This document shows positions 54,273 through 64,000 of a DNA stretch of 64,000 nt, piece by piece (position 1 is the first letter of the stretch; each line of letters begins with the position of its first letter). The DNA comes from a phage. A program made the translations under genes and the position numbers. A model generated the notes under the pieces. That model ran no database searches. It was not told the DNA's origin and saw only the letters and a program-made list of their open reading frames with translations. The stretch lies in sequence record PQ374922.1; one strand, given 5' to 3'.

Positions 54273-55466
54273 TCAGGAAGGGGTGAATTCGTTTACAGGT
54301 ACTGCTTCGGGGATAGCCAGTTCAGGACATGCTGCCTTCATCGGCTCGATGTATGGCTTGCTACCCACAATCCAGAACAGAGTGTTCTCGTTGAGCAACT
54401 CGGGCTTGTGTTGCTGAACCCAGGTCATGACCTTGCCTTCATAGCGAGGGTGCAACTCAATATCACCCCACTGATATTCCATCAGGTCATTGTAACGAAC
54501 CCAATTAGTGGTATGAAGATCCCAATGGTGTACCTCAAAGCGAGGAAGCACGACCTCTGGCTCTTCCTTCTGCCTGATACCACTTAGGAGGCCAGCCAGC
54601 GAAACGCTCTTAGAGGCATGCTGAAGCTCCTTCTTGCCGTGTACATAGTCTGGGTTGTCGTGATAGCGACGGGTGAAGTCGACAATGTGCGGCAGATTGG
54701 CATGTTTGCCGATGATGCGCAGACGGCTCTCAATGAAGTCCAGGCGGTTCGGACCGATGCCAATCAGATACACACGCTTCAGATTAGGCTTCGGATGCAT
54801 TGCCAGCCCGGTCAGAATGCTTGTGCAAGAGTTGCACGATCCGGCTGGGATAATCAGATCGGTAATATGGTCAGGGATGTTGGCAACCTGCTCGCCACCC
54901 AGCATATGGAAGCCAGCGATGCGCTCAGGAGAATGCGCTGTATGGTCGAGGGTGATACCATATTCCAGATAATACGCCTTTGGATTCTGTTGTTCGATCA
55001 ACTTCTTACAGCGCGGCTGGATCGTGCTGTTGTAACCCGAGCCGACGAAGTTGAACTCACTACCAAACCAGGCTGACATTGCCACCATGTCGTGGTTCAT
55101 ACAGGTGGTGGGTTTGGTCGCTCCGAGTACAGTGGTTGTCTTGCCGCCGAAGTGCCGAGAGACTGCTGTCGCCATAGGGGACTGCGGACTACCAACGACA
55201 GTACCATGGATGATGTCAGGGGAGCCTCCGGCCTTGAGGTGCTCAACCATCAACCAGATGGCCTGGCGGAGTTTGCTGCCGTTGATGCCCTGCTGGCCAT
55301 TTGCATAATTGGATAGCGGCGCAAAATAATCTTCACGCTTGAACCAGACCTGCTGGTTGGTTTCGGGGTTGACGACAAGTTCGCACGGGGTGTGCTTGTA
55401 GAGATAATCTTCCCAATGGACCAGGTTGCGGTCGAGGGAAAGGGTATCGAAGATGGTCTTGTTCAT
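54273..55466 (-). CDS. PLP-dependent enzyme of the tryptophan-synthase-beta fold (ACC deaminase / D-cysteine desulfhydrase-like)
   Basis: WFKREDYFAPL...NGSKLRQAIWLM (cf. DcyD FIKRDD...GGNKLRKLEFL, with Lys as the PLP-binding residue) and Gly-rich IIPAGSCNSCTS (cf. IPVGGSNALG). Confidence 0.6.
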   Translation of the reverse strand: MNKTIFDTLSLDRNLVHWEDYLYKHTPCELVVNPETNQQVWFKREDYFAPLSNYANGQQGINGSKLRQAIWLMVEHLKAGGSPDIIHGTVVGSPQSPMATAVSRHFGGKTTTVLGATKPTTCMNHDMVAMSAWFGSEFNFVGSGYNSTIQPRCKKLIEQQNPKAYYLEYGITLDHTAHSPERIAGFHMLGGEQVANIPDHITDLIIPAGSCNSCTSILTGLAMHPKPNLKRVYLIGIGPNRLDFIESRLRIIGKHANLPHIVDFTRRYHDNPDYVHGKKELQHASKSVSLAGLLSGIRQKEEPEVVLPRFEVHHWDLHTTNWVRYNDLMEYQWGDIELHPRYEGKVMTWVQQHKPELLNENTLFWIVGSKPYIEPMKAACPELAIPEAVPVNEFTPS

Positions 55467-55535
55467 TCTATTTCTCCTGTAGACATTGGCTTATCATAGC
55501 GTATCTACAGGAATATAGAAAAGGAGAATCTCGGA

Positions 55536-56192
55536 TTACTTCTTGAACAGACGAAGGAACTTCATCATGTTTTCCATGAAAGTCGGCTTCTTGACCTTTT
55601 GTTTTACCGGAGCGCCCTGATCATTCAGAACACGACTGGCCGGAGGAGTAGGCGGTGTCGGCGCTTTCGTTTCACAGGCTGGAACGATGTTCACGTCATG
55701 ATGAGAAGACTCAGATGTAGTGTTAACAACATTGTTCTCCTGGACGACAGGCTTGACGAGATTCTTTTCGTACTCACGCGCCATGGCCTGATACATCAGA
55801 TTCAAATCCACCAGATCAACAGACTTGACCTTGCGACGACGCCAATTGGCGCTTTCTTCGCCATAGAAATCATATCCGTTTCTGATCAGCCAGTGTACGG
55901 CTTGTTCAAACGAACCGAAGACCATAAGTGGAGCGCCCTGGCCTTTCTCAGATTGTTCCAGGCTACCATAACCCATCAACACAACCTGGTCTTTGATACT
56001 CAAATCAAACGTCATACCAAGGTTCGGGATGTTTTTATCGCGGCGGAAGAACCCGCCATCACGGTAGACGTAAACAGGCGACAGGAACTCATTCAGAGTA
56101 CGCTTGACACCCTTGTATCGGAAGAGTCTGACAATTGGAGGGGTGTCATGGGAAATCACTTCGTTCAATTCCCAGATAGAAACATTACGCAT
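55536..56192 (-). CDS. Hypothetical protein (218 aa) with Pro/Thr-rich linker
   Basis: ORF; PTPPTPPAS linker near the C-terminus. Confidence 0.5.
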   Translation of the reverse strand: MRNVSIWELNEVISHDTPPIVRLFRYKGVKRTLNEFLSPVYVYRDGGFFRRDKNIPNLGMTFDLSIKDQVVLMGYGSLEQSEKGQGAPLMVFGSFEQAVHWLIRNGYDFYGEESANWRRRKVKSVDLVDLNLMYQAMAREYEKNLVKPVVQENNVVNTTSESSHHDVNIVPACETKAPTPPTPPASRVLNDQGAPVKQKVKKPTFMENMMKFLRLFKK

Positions 56193-56320
56193 CGGTGTAT
56201 CCTCAAATCTATGACAGGGGGGGGTTAACGGTTAAATTTTAAACCCCCTTTGTATCATTGAACAAACTACGATAAAGGAGGACATGCTTGGGTCGATAAG
56301 AAGATAATAAGACAGGGATA

Positions 56321-56347
56321 AAAAGAAAGCCGGATAGGATATCCGGC
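56321..56347 (-). terminator. Rho-independent terminator for the minus-strand tRNA-region transcript
   Basis: gccggata-gga-tatccggc hairpin followed on the minus strand by a T-run. Confidence 0.45.
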
Positions 56348-56564
56348 TATACCACATCGATGGGATGGGTTGAAAGACTACACGCTTGCACTGGTACTAC
56401 CCTATGGGAGAGCGCGTCAGGAGTCGAACCTGAAGTCGTCGACGTAGAGAAAGCTATTTGCATTTCACTATCCTCGCCGCGATTTTCTTAACTTCCTAAA
56501 CACCCGATTACGAGAGAGTCGACATGCACATCTTCTAACTCTTCAGGAAGTCACGCCCGTAATT

Positions 56565-56653
56565 TGGCGGAAGGTGAAGGATTCGAACCTTCGGGGGCTA
56601 AAAGCCCCACTCGATTAGCAGTCGAGTCCCTTAAACCTCTCGGGCAACCTTCC
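56565..56653 (-). tRNA. tRNA-Ser (anticodon GCU)
   Basis: Cloverleaf folded by eye: acceptor GGAAGGT/ACCTTCC, D-arm CCC/GGG, anticodon stem CTCGA/TCGAG with loop CTGCTAA, long variable arm GGGGCTTTTAGCCCC, T-arm GAAGG-TTCGAAT-CCTTC, encoded CCA. Confidence 0.85.
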
Positions 56654-56906
56654 AATTTGGACGGGCTTCACACCCGATTGAGCATTTGATCTGCCGTAGC
56701 CCAACTCCCCGCGCTTCTCAGCGCCGATTGGTTAACTGGCGACCAGTGCCTTCTGGTTCAATCTCCTGGAACTTTACAGGCTTTGCGCCCGACCATTTCT
56801 GGAAGTTGGGGCATCGTTTCCGATGCGGAGTCATCCCCATTTTATACACAGCTGGCTGCAACGCTTACTGTGTTTGTCGGAGTGTCATGTTTCACACCCC
56901 TTAACA

Positions 56907-56983
56907 TGGTGATCCTGATTGGGTTTGAACCAATGACCAATGAATTATGAGTTCACTGCTCTAACCGACTGAGCTACAGGACC
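56907..56983 (-). tRNA. tRNA-Met (anticodon CAU; elongator Met or Ile-lysidine type)
   Basis: Cloverleaf: acceptor GGTCCTG/CAGGATC, D-arm GCTC-AGTCGGTTA-GAGC, anticodon loop CTCATAA, T-arm ATTGG-TTCAAAC-CCAAT, encoded CCA. Confidence 0.85.
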
Positions 56984-59203
56984 AAATTATTGTGTACCAA
57001 CCAAGGACTGTCAACCCTTTATCCCGTTTGTGCATGATCAGTTCATGCATGCCTGTTTGTGCGCCTCACGGCATGCGCTTCTGTGGGTCTTTGGCTTGCA
57101 CCATAGCCTCGCCACAGGCGTTTATTTTTCCAGGGCTTTCCACTTACAAGTCTTAACCAGACCGGGATACGGGCTTGTAAGATCGGGTTGGACACAACTT
57201 TGATAGCTCTGGTACTAAAGATCCCGCGTCACCCATAGACATGGTTTATAAAATCCAGAGCCATCAAAGTTGCAACCAAATGTTACAACTCGCAGCTTCT
57301 ATGTAGAAGCAACTTGTCCTCTAACGCTCGGACCAAACGAGGCTGGCTGGTTGATTCAGAGCCGCTGGTTGCTCCAGCAAGCATGGGTTGATAGCCCGGC
57401 AACATAGAATCACCCAAAGATGAAGAACATTCATGACTCACATCACACCACGAATGGCCTGAAAGAGAATCGAACTCTTTAATGCTCTTCATTTTGTGAA
57501 CTTGAGAATACTACGCCTGTCTCGGGTTTCCCCTTAGTTCGGCCTCCCAGTCCTCGCCGCGCCGGGTAGCTAACCCTGATGGCTCGTCTGCTACTGAGTT
57601 CTTCTTGGTGCCCACCAGTGTCCGGAATGTGTAGGCATCGCAATCTGCAAGGCATGGTCTATTTCACCCAATGCTCTCTCAAGTTCACAAATCGAAGTGC
57701 CCTGACTCAACAGTATGGCCCAATATGCTGTTATCGTCCACCGGATTGGCCGCCCAATTTGTAGATCAACCTTTGGGTTTAAGATAAATTGCCAAGGCAC
57801 TTCGATTTGTGTGCCCTTCACCTGCCAGGGATCAGGGCTGATGGCAAGACTTCGCTCACATCTTTCAAGATACTCGTGAGAATATCCTCAAAGATGTGGT
57901 GCCGTTTTAGGGAGTCGAACCCAAATGTTCGGCCAGCGTTGACCTTACATCCCATCTGACTTAGGCAACCCACCTCTGCTTACTCAGGAGATTATCCCCT
58001 TTGGACAGTCAGATGTAACGGCATTTTATTTAACAATTCATTCAACTGATAACTTCAGGGGACCACTCTCATCTCCCCACATTTCGACCGCCCGGGACGG
58101 TTTAGTGGTACGTCACTTGGTCTGTTACACGGTAGGAGCCGATTCTCCCTCGAATTACCTCTTGTTCGTATGCCTACAAACAATTTCACAGATTGCTGAC
58201 AAGTTATCATGTGAATGAATTGTCATTGTATGCCCTGACTTATTAATCACATCTCAGGGCCGCGATGCGCCAGATTCTGTTACAGGGAACTGGAATACCC
58301 CGCTGACTTATAGGCTATTACGCCGCCATCAGAACTTCGGAATCATTAGCATTTATTTGCTTGGTCAGTTTCTAAAAACCCGCAAAGTCACGCACAACGA
58401 AAACCTGTTTGAGTCCTAAACGTACCTGTCTTAGTTCACAACGCTATGAGTGACCAGGACTCAAACAGCTTGCCGTTCAGTGGGTTAACTATACTTTGTA
58501 ACCCGTTATTGATAAAACCTTTTATTTTGTTGGCGAGGGTGCCACCATCGTTTTGCCGGAACTTACGCATCCGGCCTCGCCTGTTGGTGCTCCTTCGAAT
58601 CCGGGAAGATCAGCAGGAACTATGAATCAAGTTAATTCTACCAACAGGAGCCTGTGTTGCCCTTTGACGCAACATTATGAACCCTCTACGAAGACTCATA
58701 ATGTTGTCGGCGTGATGGAACCTGGCAGATCCGTCCTCCCCTATATGTTGGTGTCGACTCGCCAACGGGGCGCTCTCAAGCATCTGAGCTAATCACGCTA
58801 CAACAGGGGGTTTCGTTCTCCGACGGTCAGTGCGTCCACCGACACCAGCGAGGTTGATATTACGCCTCTATTCGTCACGGTGCCCTGAGACTGGGCTTTC
58901 CTGGTTTCGGGTTCCAGCCCTACTACCACCGCGCTATTCGCCTCGTGTTTAATACTTTACTACAGCCCAGCTAATTTGAAAAATCCTCTCCTCTTTGAGC
59001 TACACTGCCCACAGCAGTGCGGACGAACCTTCACTCAAAACCGGATGCGCCGAAGTGGGCGTCTGTTTACCAGACTGATCGGGTAGACCCAGGAGAGTAA
59101 AGGTAATCCCGATCAGGAGGATGAGGAGTAACATCATGTAAAACATAGTGTTCCCTCCCTTCCATGCAACTAACTTTACTGCAATTCTTTATTGAATAAA
59201 GCG

Positions 59204-59773
59204 TTATTTTAACACTTCTAACTTCACAATACGACGCAGAAGGTAAACATATTCGCCAGCAGCTTCATGCGTCATATAATGGGTAGAAGGTGTGGAATGA
59301 GTGTTCTGGGTTTCTTTTAATCCAACACGTTCTGCCCAACCATTAATAGAGTTCCCATAGAAACCGATAATCGCACCAAAATAAATGCGCCCGCTTTCTG
59401 GCTCTAAAACATAGTTGACAGTGAAGCAAATGTCAGAACGAATAGACTCCAGTTTCATACCAACACGACCTTCAGAGAATTCGTTACGAACATATAAATG
59501 ACGGAAGCGATCGCGCCGTGCTTGTGATGATTCTTCCAATTCTTGTCGAAGTGAAGAAGTTATGTCAATATTAAATGAAAATGTTGGATTTCGTAAATCA
59601 GAACGGGCCAACTCTAACGCAGATTCAATAACGCGACGGAAATTGATACTTTTACCTGTCAGGCGTTTCACTTCATCGGTGATTGTTTCAAAAGGGACTT
59701 TCGTGGCGCGTTCCCCTTCGTATTTTGCTAACAAAGGAACAATGTGTTTCATGATTGCTGTGTTAATGTGCAT
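59204..59773 (-). CDS. Hypothetical protein (189 aa)
   Basis: ATG start; no motif recognised. Confidence 0.5.
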   Translation of the reverse strand: MHINTAIMKHIVPLLAKYEGERATKVPFETITDEVKRLTGKSINFRRVIESALELARSDLRNPTFSFNIDITSSLRQELEESSQARRDRFRHLYVRNEFSEGRVGMKLESIRSDICFTVNYVLEPESGRIYFGAIIGFYGNSINGWAERVGLKETQNTHSTPSTHYMTHEAAGEYVYLLRRIVKLEVLK

Positions 59774-60138
59774 TCCGGAGCCTCACTGGATTGATTAAAT
59801 GTCTCCGTTATTATATTGGGAGTATGTTTATTGAATATAAACACAGGAATGGCCAATAAAACAATGACAGTGATTATTAATAGGCAAAAACTACTTTTCT
59901 ACAACATCAAGAAACTGTATCCTAACGCAGTGCCCTTCGAGTTGTGAGTGTTAACGAACAACGAGAAGCAGCCTCCATGGCTGTGGAATGGTGCTGCCCG
60001 CATAGGGCGGTGTTACGAGCGAGGGCGTCAGCCCCCTCGCGAGTTATATTAGAATAAATTAAACGCGCGCGAGCGTTTTGATTCCCGTTGGCTAAATATC
60101 TTCAACACCATATTCAAACTCAGGTGATGGAGATTATC

Positions 60139-61917
60139 ATGGCCACGCAAACAGTCCCTTCACTCGATGTCAGGGCTTTCGAGTATCTTATCAAGAAGCG
60201 CATGAAAGCTGATCCAACTTTCAAGGATTATGACTTTGAAGGTTCTGGTCTCAGTGCAATCGTGCGTATCTTGGCCTCGGATGCCAACTCTATCGGGTTC
60301 ATGCAGAACATGCTGAATGGCGAAAGCCATCTTCACTCTGCTCAACAGCGTTCTAATGTCGGTCTGGCGGCGGGGTTCTTATCTTACACCCCTCACAACT
60401 ACCAGGCAGCGTACCTGTACGCAAACGTCACAGTCACTCCATATGACGCCAGCACGGCTCCAGACACGATTGTGATGGATCGCCGCGCGATGTTCATTGG
60501 GGTGAAGGATGGAAAATCCTATAACTTCACGGTTGACCAACCTGTGAGTGCCTCTCTTGTAGACGGCTCTTACAAGTTCGAGAACATCAAACTCATACAG
60601 GGTAACTGGCTGTACAAGTCCTATGATGTGGAAGGCAGCGCGATCTCCACCTATGTGATCCCATCTTCTTCCGTGGACATCGACCATATGGTGGTGCAGG
60701 TGCAGGAATCTGAGACATCTGACGTGCGGTCTACCTTCTCACGATATGTCAGCCCGTTCGATTTGAGCCAGTATGCGCAACTCTACTTCGTTGAGCTGGG
60801 GTTGGAAGGGATGTACACGTTCGAATTCGGTGATGGGTATATCTGTAAGCGAGTAGAAGACGGGAACGTCGTGTACCTCCAGTATCTGGAGACAGCTGGT
60901 GCAGACGGCAATGACATCACTGCCTTGTCCTCCGCGTCTTCCATCGGGGGATTCAACCTTGTAGATGTTGAGCTGGTGTCAGAACGTTCTTCCGGTGGTA
61001 AGGACCCAGAGAGCATTGAGGACATCAAGCGTCTTGCTCCGCTGGCTTATCAGGCTGAGGGTGCGGCAGTGGCCGAAGTCGATTATGCTGTGTTGACCGA
61101 GCGTCTGTTCTCCAACGTCTCCCGCGCCAAAGCATATGGCGGCGACACGCTCTCTCCGCCTGACTCCGGATACGTTTACATTGCTGTGATACCTTCTGTT
61201 GGTGAGGCGCTCTCGGACGCTGAGAAGGCAGATATCGTGGCGACGTTGGACAAGTACAATGTGGGCACGATCACACCCAAGATTGTCGACGCTGAACTGA
61301 CTTATGTTGATGTCACCACCCGCGTGTTCTGGGATCCGACTTCCACGTCCTATACCGAAGAGCAGTTGAAGACAGTCGTGAAGAACGGTGTTGTCAACTG
61401 GGGCTTGGGGAATCTAGAAGGATTCGACGAACTGTTTGATAAAGAGCAGTTGCAGTCGGCCATCACCGACATGGACAGATCGATAGTGTCAAACATCACT
61501 TCTGTGAAGTATAAGCGCCATTTCAAGCCAGACTATGGGGTACTGGACAGCTTCACGTTCGATTATGGGCGCTCGATTGCGTCTGGTTCTGTGCGTATCA
61601 GTGGGTTTAAGCCGCTTCCGGCCGAGGTCGAATTCACTTACTACATACGCGACGTCAGTGGTGTCCTGAATATGTACAAGGTGAGTACAACAGACACGAC
61701 CAAGGAATATCTGGTACAAGCTGTTGGAACGGTTGATTATGTGACTGGCGTTGTTGAACTCCAGCGTATCATAGTATCCAACTACAACACTGAGGGTGTG
61801 ACAATAATTGTGTCTCCAGACGGTCTTGATCAGAACATTCAGGCCACACAGAATCAGGTGCTCCGCATCGGTGCTGTAACTGTGGAGCCGGAGGTGCGTT
61901 ATGTCCAAAGATCTTAA
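60139..61917 (+). CDS. Baseplate wedge protein (gp6 / P2 gpJ-like)
   Basis: About 590 aa; FEFGDGY-type segment typical of baseplate J-like proteins; ATG at 60139 with GGAG RBS; CTAAATAT late-like motif upstream. Confidence 0.55.
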   Translation: MATQTVPSLDVRAFEYLIKKRMKADPTFKDYDFEGSGLSAIVRILASDANSIGFMQNMLNGESHLHSAQQRSNVGLAAGFLSYTPHNYQAAYLYANVTVTPYDASTAPDTIVMDRRAMFIGVKDGKSYNFTVDQPVSASLVDGSYKFENIKLIQGNWLYKSYDVEGSAISTYVIPSSSVDIDHMVVQVQESETSDVRSTFSRYVSPFDLSQYAQLYFVELGLEGMYTFEFGDGYICKRVEDGNVVYLQYLETAGADGNDITALSSASSIGGFNLVDVELVSERSSGGKDPESIEDIKRLAPLAYQAEGAAVAEVDYAVLTERLFSNVSRAKAYGGDTLSPPDSGYVYIAVIPSVGEALSDAEKADIVATLDKYNVGTITPKIVDAELTYVDVTTRVFWDPTSTSYTEEQLKTVVKNGVVNWGLGNLEGFDELFDKEQLQSAITDMDRSIVSNITSVKYKRHFKPDYGVLDSFTFDYGRSIASGSVRISGFKPLPAEVEFTYYIRDVSGVLNMYKVSTTDTTKEYLVQAVGTVDYVTGVVELQRIIVSNYNTEGVTIIVSPDGLDQNIQATQNQVLRIGAVTVEPEVRYVQRS

Positions 61918-62755
61918 TAACGGACACAATGGGGTGAAATATGAAACCCCATTGTTTTACCAGAATGAATTCCCAGTATTCATCGAGTTTATGGATACGT
62001 TCTTCAACTGGTTGTATCGCCAGCAGGGATTCACCGAAGAGGAGATCTTGGCGTATCTGGCAGACACTGGTGGTTGGGTGAACCCAAATACGGATCAGTC
62101 TCCTATTGAACAGTTGATTGACATCAAGAAGCGCAAGACGCCAGGTGCTGAGGCCAAAGACTTCTTGGAAGACAAGTTCCTGACGCGCACGTTTGAGAAC
62201 ATGATGGCGCTAGACTTCGAAGATTTGCTGGACGTGGACGGTCGGCCATTAATCTCAATGGAAGACAAGAACGAACGCATCGACGATTGGTATGCTGATT
62301 TTGGATTCCAGAGAACGGTTGATAAGTCCTTCCTGGAGTTCGGGAAGTTTGTTCCAGTTGGTTCGGACAGTTTAGTGACTTCAGATGGAGACACACTCTC
62401 TGTGTATGTCGAGGGAACTGAACGCCGGACACTGGACCATGTACGCTGGTTGAAGTTACTTAAACACATTTATCGCATTCGCGGGACGAAGAAAGCGATT
62501 GAATTGTTCTTCTGGATTTACTTTGGTTGCCCAGTGAGTGTGTATTATCCCAAGGAAGCAATTGGTGGCCTGGACGACAACTTTGAATGTGACGGCGCGA
62601 CAGGAATGCGTGACGATTACTACTATGATGAATTCACGTATGTGATAAGAGTTCCTGGCAACGTATCTGATTTTGAAGGTGTGTTTGATCGCGTCTTCCG
62701 TCAGCATTTCCATCCTGCTGGGTTTACTGTATTCCTAGAAAGTTCAAGGAGTTAA
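61901..62755 (+). CDS. Baseplate or tail-fibre-associated protein (284 aa)
   Basis: Translationally coupled between the gp6-like gene and the tail-fibre gene. Confidence 0.45.
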   Translation: MSKDLNNGHNGVKYETPLFYQNEFPVFIEFMDTFFNWLYRQQGFTEEEILAYLADTGGWVNPNTDQSPIEQLIDIKKRKTPGAEAKDFLEDKFLTRTFENMMALDFEDLLDVDGRPLISMEDKNERIDDWYADFGFQRTVDKSFLEFGKFVPVGSDSLVTSDGDTLSVYVEGTERRTLDHVRWLKLLKHIYRIRGTKKAIELFFWIYFGCPVSVYYPKEAIGGLDDNFECDGATGMRDDYYYDEFTYVIRVPGNVSDFEGVFDRVFRQHFHPAGFTVFLESSRS

Positions 62756-62757
62756 AA

Positions 62758-63948
62758 ATGGCCGATTTTCTGAGTCGATACACAGGTCAGCAGATTGATG
62801 CAATCCTTTCTTCTGTTGACGATAAAATAAGCAAGACTGATGTTGTCAACGATTTCGCTGTTGATGATCCGTTGTTCCCTCCTTCAGCTCATTTGACATA
62901 CGAGCTGAAGCGTTCTGTGGATAATATCTACGACACACTGGAAAACAAAGTGATTCGCACCGACGGTGGTGAACAAACGATCAACGGGAACAAGACTTTT
63001 GCTGCGTTGTTGACAGCCAACGGCGGCCTGACTGTTCCGGCTGGAAAGAAACTGTCTATCGCGGATGAGCCTATAGTAGCGACAGATGGTGTTAACCTGA
63101 GCATGCTGAGAAAGCATGGTGTCAGTGAAGACACTACCCCACCTGGTTCTGGTTTGGCTGGGGAGTTGTTGGCATCCGGATATTACAAATTCAATTTGGA
63201 TTTCACCAGATTGTCTGCGTATACCGGATCAACGATGCCGACTTCAATTCCAGTACAAACAGATTCTGGAGCGCGTTATTGGACAATGACTGCATTTTTT
63301 GATGCGTTGTTTGCAGATAACCGATTTAATGGATATGTGACATCGACAGCGTATGACGCAGATATGCTGAGTCTAGAGTCCCAGATTAATAACATCAACA
63401 CGTCGTTGAACGGGAAAGTCAACACATCGACTTACAACACTAAGATGGCGTCGTTGGATTTGAGTATCTCCAATATCAATACGTCTCTGGGTAATAAAGT
63501 CGAGGTCAGCACGTACAACACGAAGATGACATCTCTGGATAACAGCATCAGTTCTCTTTCCAGTGATAAAGTTAATGTATCAACGTATAATGCCAAGATG
63601 ACCTCTGTCGACAATAGTTTAGGGAACGCCGTTTATCGTACCAAAACGAATTTGTCTTCTTACACGGTTTCGGCTTCTGGGACGACGGCTCTTCCAGATT
63701 TTGATTTGGTGAACCTTTGTCAAATACTGGTGACCGCGCAATGGGGAACAGGTAACGTTGTTGATACATATCGAGTAACCATAACTCGCGACGGAACTAT
63801 CAAGTCGGAGTTGTTGGTTCAGAAAAGTACGAGCGGTACAGTGACGTTCACAGGGGCTGTGGTGGGTGGTAAATTGAGAATTTCCGTTGTTAATGCGAAT
63901 ACAACAACTGCTTGTTCGGTCGATTATTCTATTGTAGCTTCTTTCTAA
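62758..63948 (+). CDS. Tail fibre protein (short-tail-fibre/fibritin-like) with internal repeats
   Basis: N-terminal fibre motif TDGGEQTINGNKTF...GVNLSMLRK (cf. T4 gp12 GGQTINGTLRI); three tandem repeats of about 25 aa (NINTSLNGKVNTSTYNTKM-SLD); AGGAG RBS. Confidence 0.65.
   Translation: MADFLSRYTGQQIDAILSSVDDKISKTDVVNDFAVDDPLFPPSAHLTYELKRSVDNIYDTLENKVIRTDGGEQTINGNKTFAALLTANGGLTVPAGKKLSIADEPIVATDGVNLSMLRKHGVSEDTTPPGSGLAGELLASGYYKFNLDFTRLSAYTGSTMPTSIPVQTDSGARYWTMTAFFDALFADNRFNGYVTSTAYDADMLSLESQINNINTSLNGKVNTSTYNTKMASLDLSISNINTSLGNKVEVSTYNTKMTSLDNSISSLSSDKVNVSTYNAKMTSVDNSLGNAVYRTKTNLSSYTVSASGTTALPDFDLVNLCQILVTAQWGTGNVVDTYRVTITRDGTIKSELLVQKSTSGTVTFTGAVVGGKLRISVVNANTTTACSVDYSIVASF
63367..63615 (+). 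repeat. Three tandem ~75-81-nt coding repeats inside the tail-fibre gene
   Basis: Repeat units encoding NINTSLNGKVNTSTYNTKMASLD / NINTSLGNKVEVSTYNTKMTSLD / SSDKVNVSTYNAKMTSVD. Confidence 0.6.
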
Positions 63949-63958
63949 AGTGAAAACT

Positions 63959-63997
63959 AAATACCCCTAGATGAAACGAACACATTTAGGGGTATTT
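63959..63997 (+). terminator. Hairpin (aaatacccct / aggggtattt) after the tail-fibre gene; terminator-like
   Basis: 10-bp inverted repeat with a 19-nt loop right after the stop codon; the window ends before any T-run can be assessed. Confidence 0.4.
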
Positions 63998-64000
63998 GAA

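Noticed and set aside
55599-56228. 209-aa plus-strand ORF
   Set aside because: It fully overlaps the better-supported minus-strand gene 55536-56192 and is Arg/His-rich with unusual composition.
56406-56500. tRNA-like T-arm and acceptor element (tcagg-agtcgaa-cctga) left of tRNA-Ser
   Set aside because: T-arm and 3' acceptor look tRNA-like, but no D-arm or anticodon arm and no pairing 5' acceptor strand could be built by eye; possibly a tRNA remnant or the 3' end of a small stable RNA.
57455-57545. Second T-arm-like motif (aagag-aatcgaa-ctctt) suggesting a minus-strand tRNA
   Set aside because: The acceptor stem pairs only with two mismatches and the body lacks D-arm features; not called.
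57897-57975. Third T-arm-like motif (tggtgccgttt...gagtcgaaccc) with encoded CCA-like end
   Set aside because: No complementary 5' acceptor strand found within tRNA distance; not called.
56200-59203. CRISPR array or tmRNA in the ORF-poor region
   Set aside because: No regularly spaced direct repeats were seen, and a tmRNA would have to span the bona fide tRNA-Ser gene.

Overview
This 64-kb window is a segment of a T4-like (Tevenvirinae-type) myovirus genome. All calls come from reading the six-frame translations and the DNA by eye; no database search or RNA-folding program was run, and motif coordinates may be off by 1-2 nt. Core genes recognised by motif: DNA polymerase gp43 (49072-52071, -), UvsX, gp41 helicase, ATP-dependent DNA ligase, topoisomerase II (fused gp39/60 plus gp52), rIIA/rIIB, dCMP deaminase, gp1-like dNMP kinase, a thymidylate-synthase-fold hydroxymethylase-like enzyme, a tape-measure/baseplate-hub block, a gp6-like baseplate wedge protein and a repeat-containing tail fibre. 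Also present are two homing endonucleases (HNH, GIY-YIG), two minus-strand tRNAs (Ser-GCU, Met-CAU) inside a ~2.9-kb ORF-poor region, T4-type late promoters, early promoters with stem-loops, and several hairpin terminators. Accessory stretches (22.3-28.3 kb, 40.2-49 kb, 52-56 kb) carry many small unknown genes, including a macro-domain protein, a metallophosphoesterase, a LemA-like/membrane-protein pair, two P-loop kinases, a HAD nucleotidase and a PLP-dependent enzyme. The best candidates for undescribed biology are the translationally coupled kinase/hydroxymethylase/kinase/NTPase operon (4.2-7.6 kb), the PLP enzyme, the P-loop/411-aa operon, and the structured non-coding region around the tRNAs.
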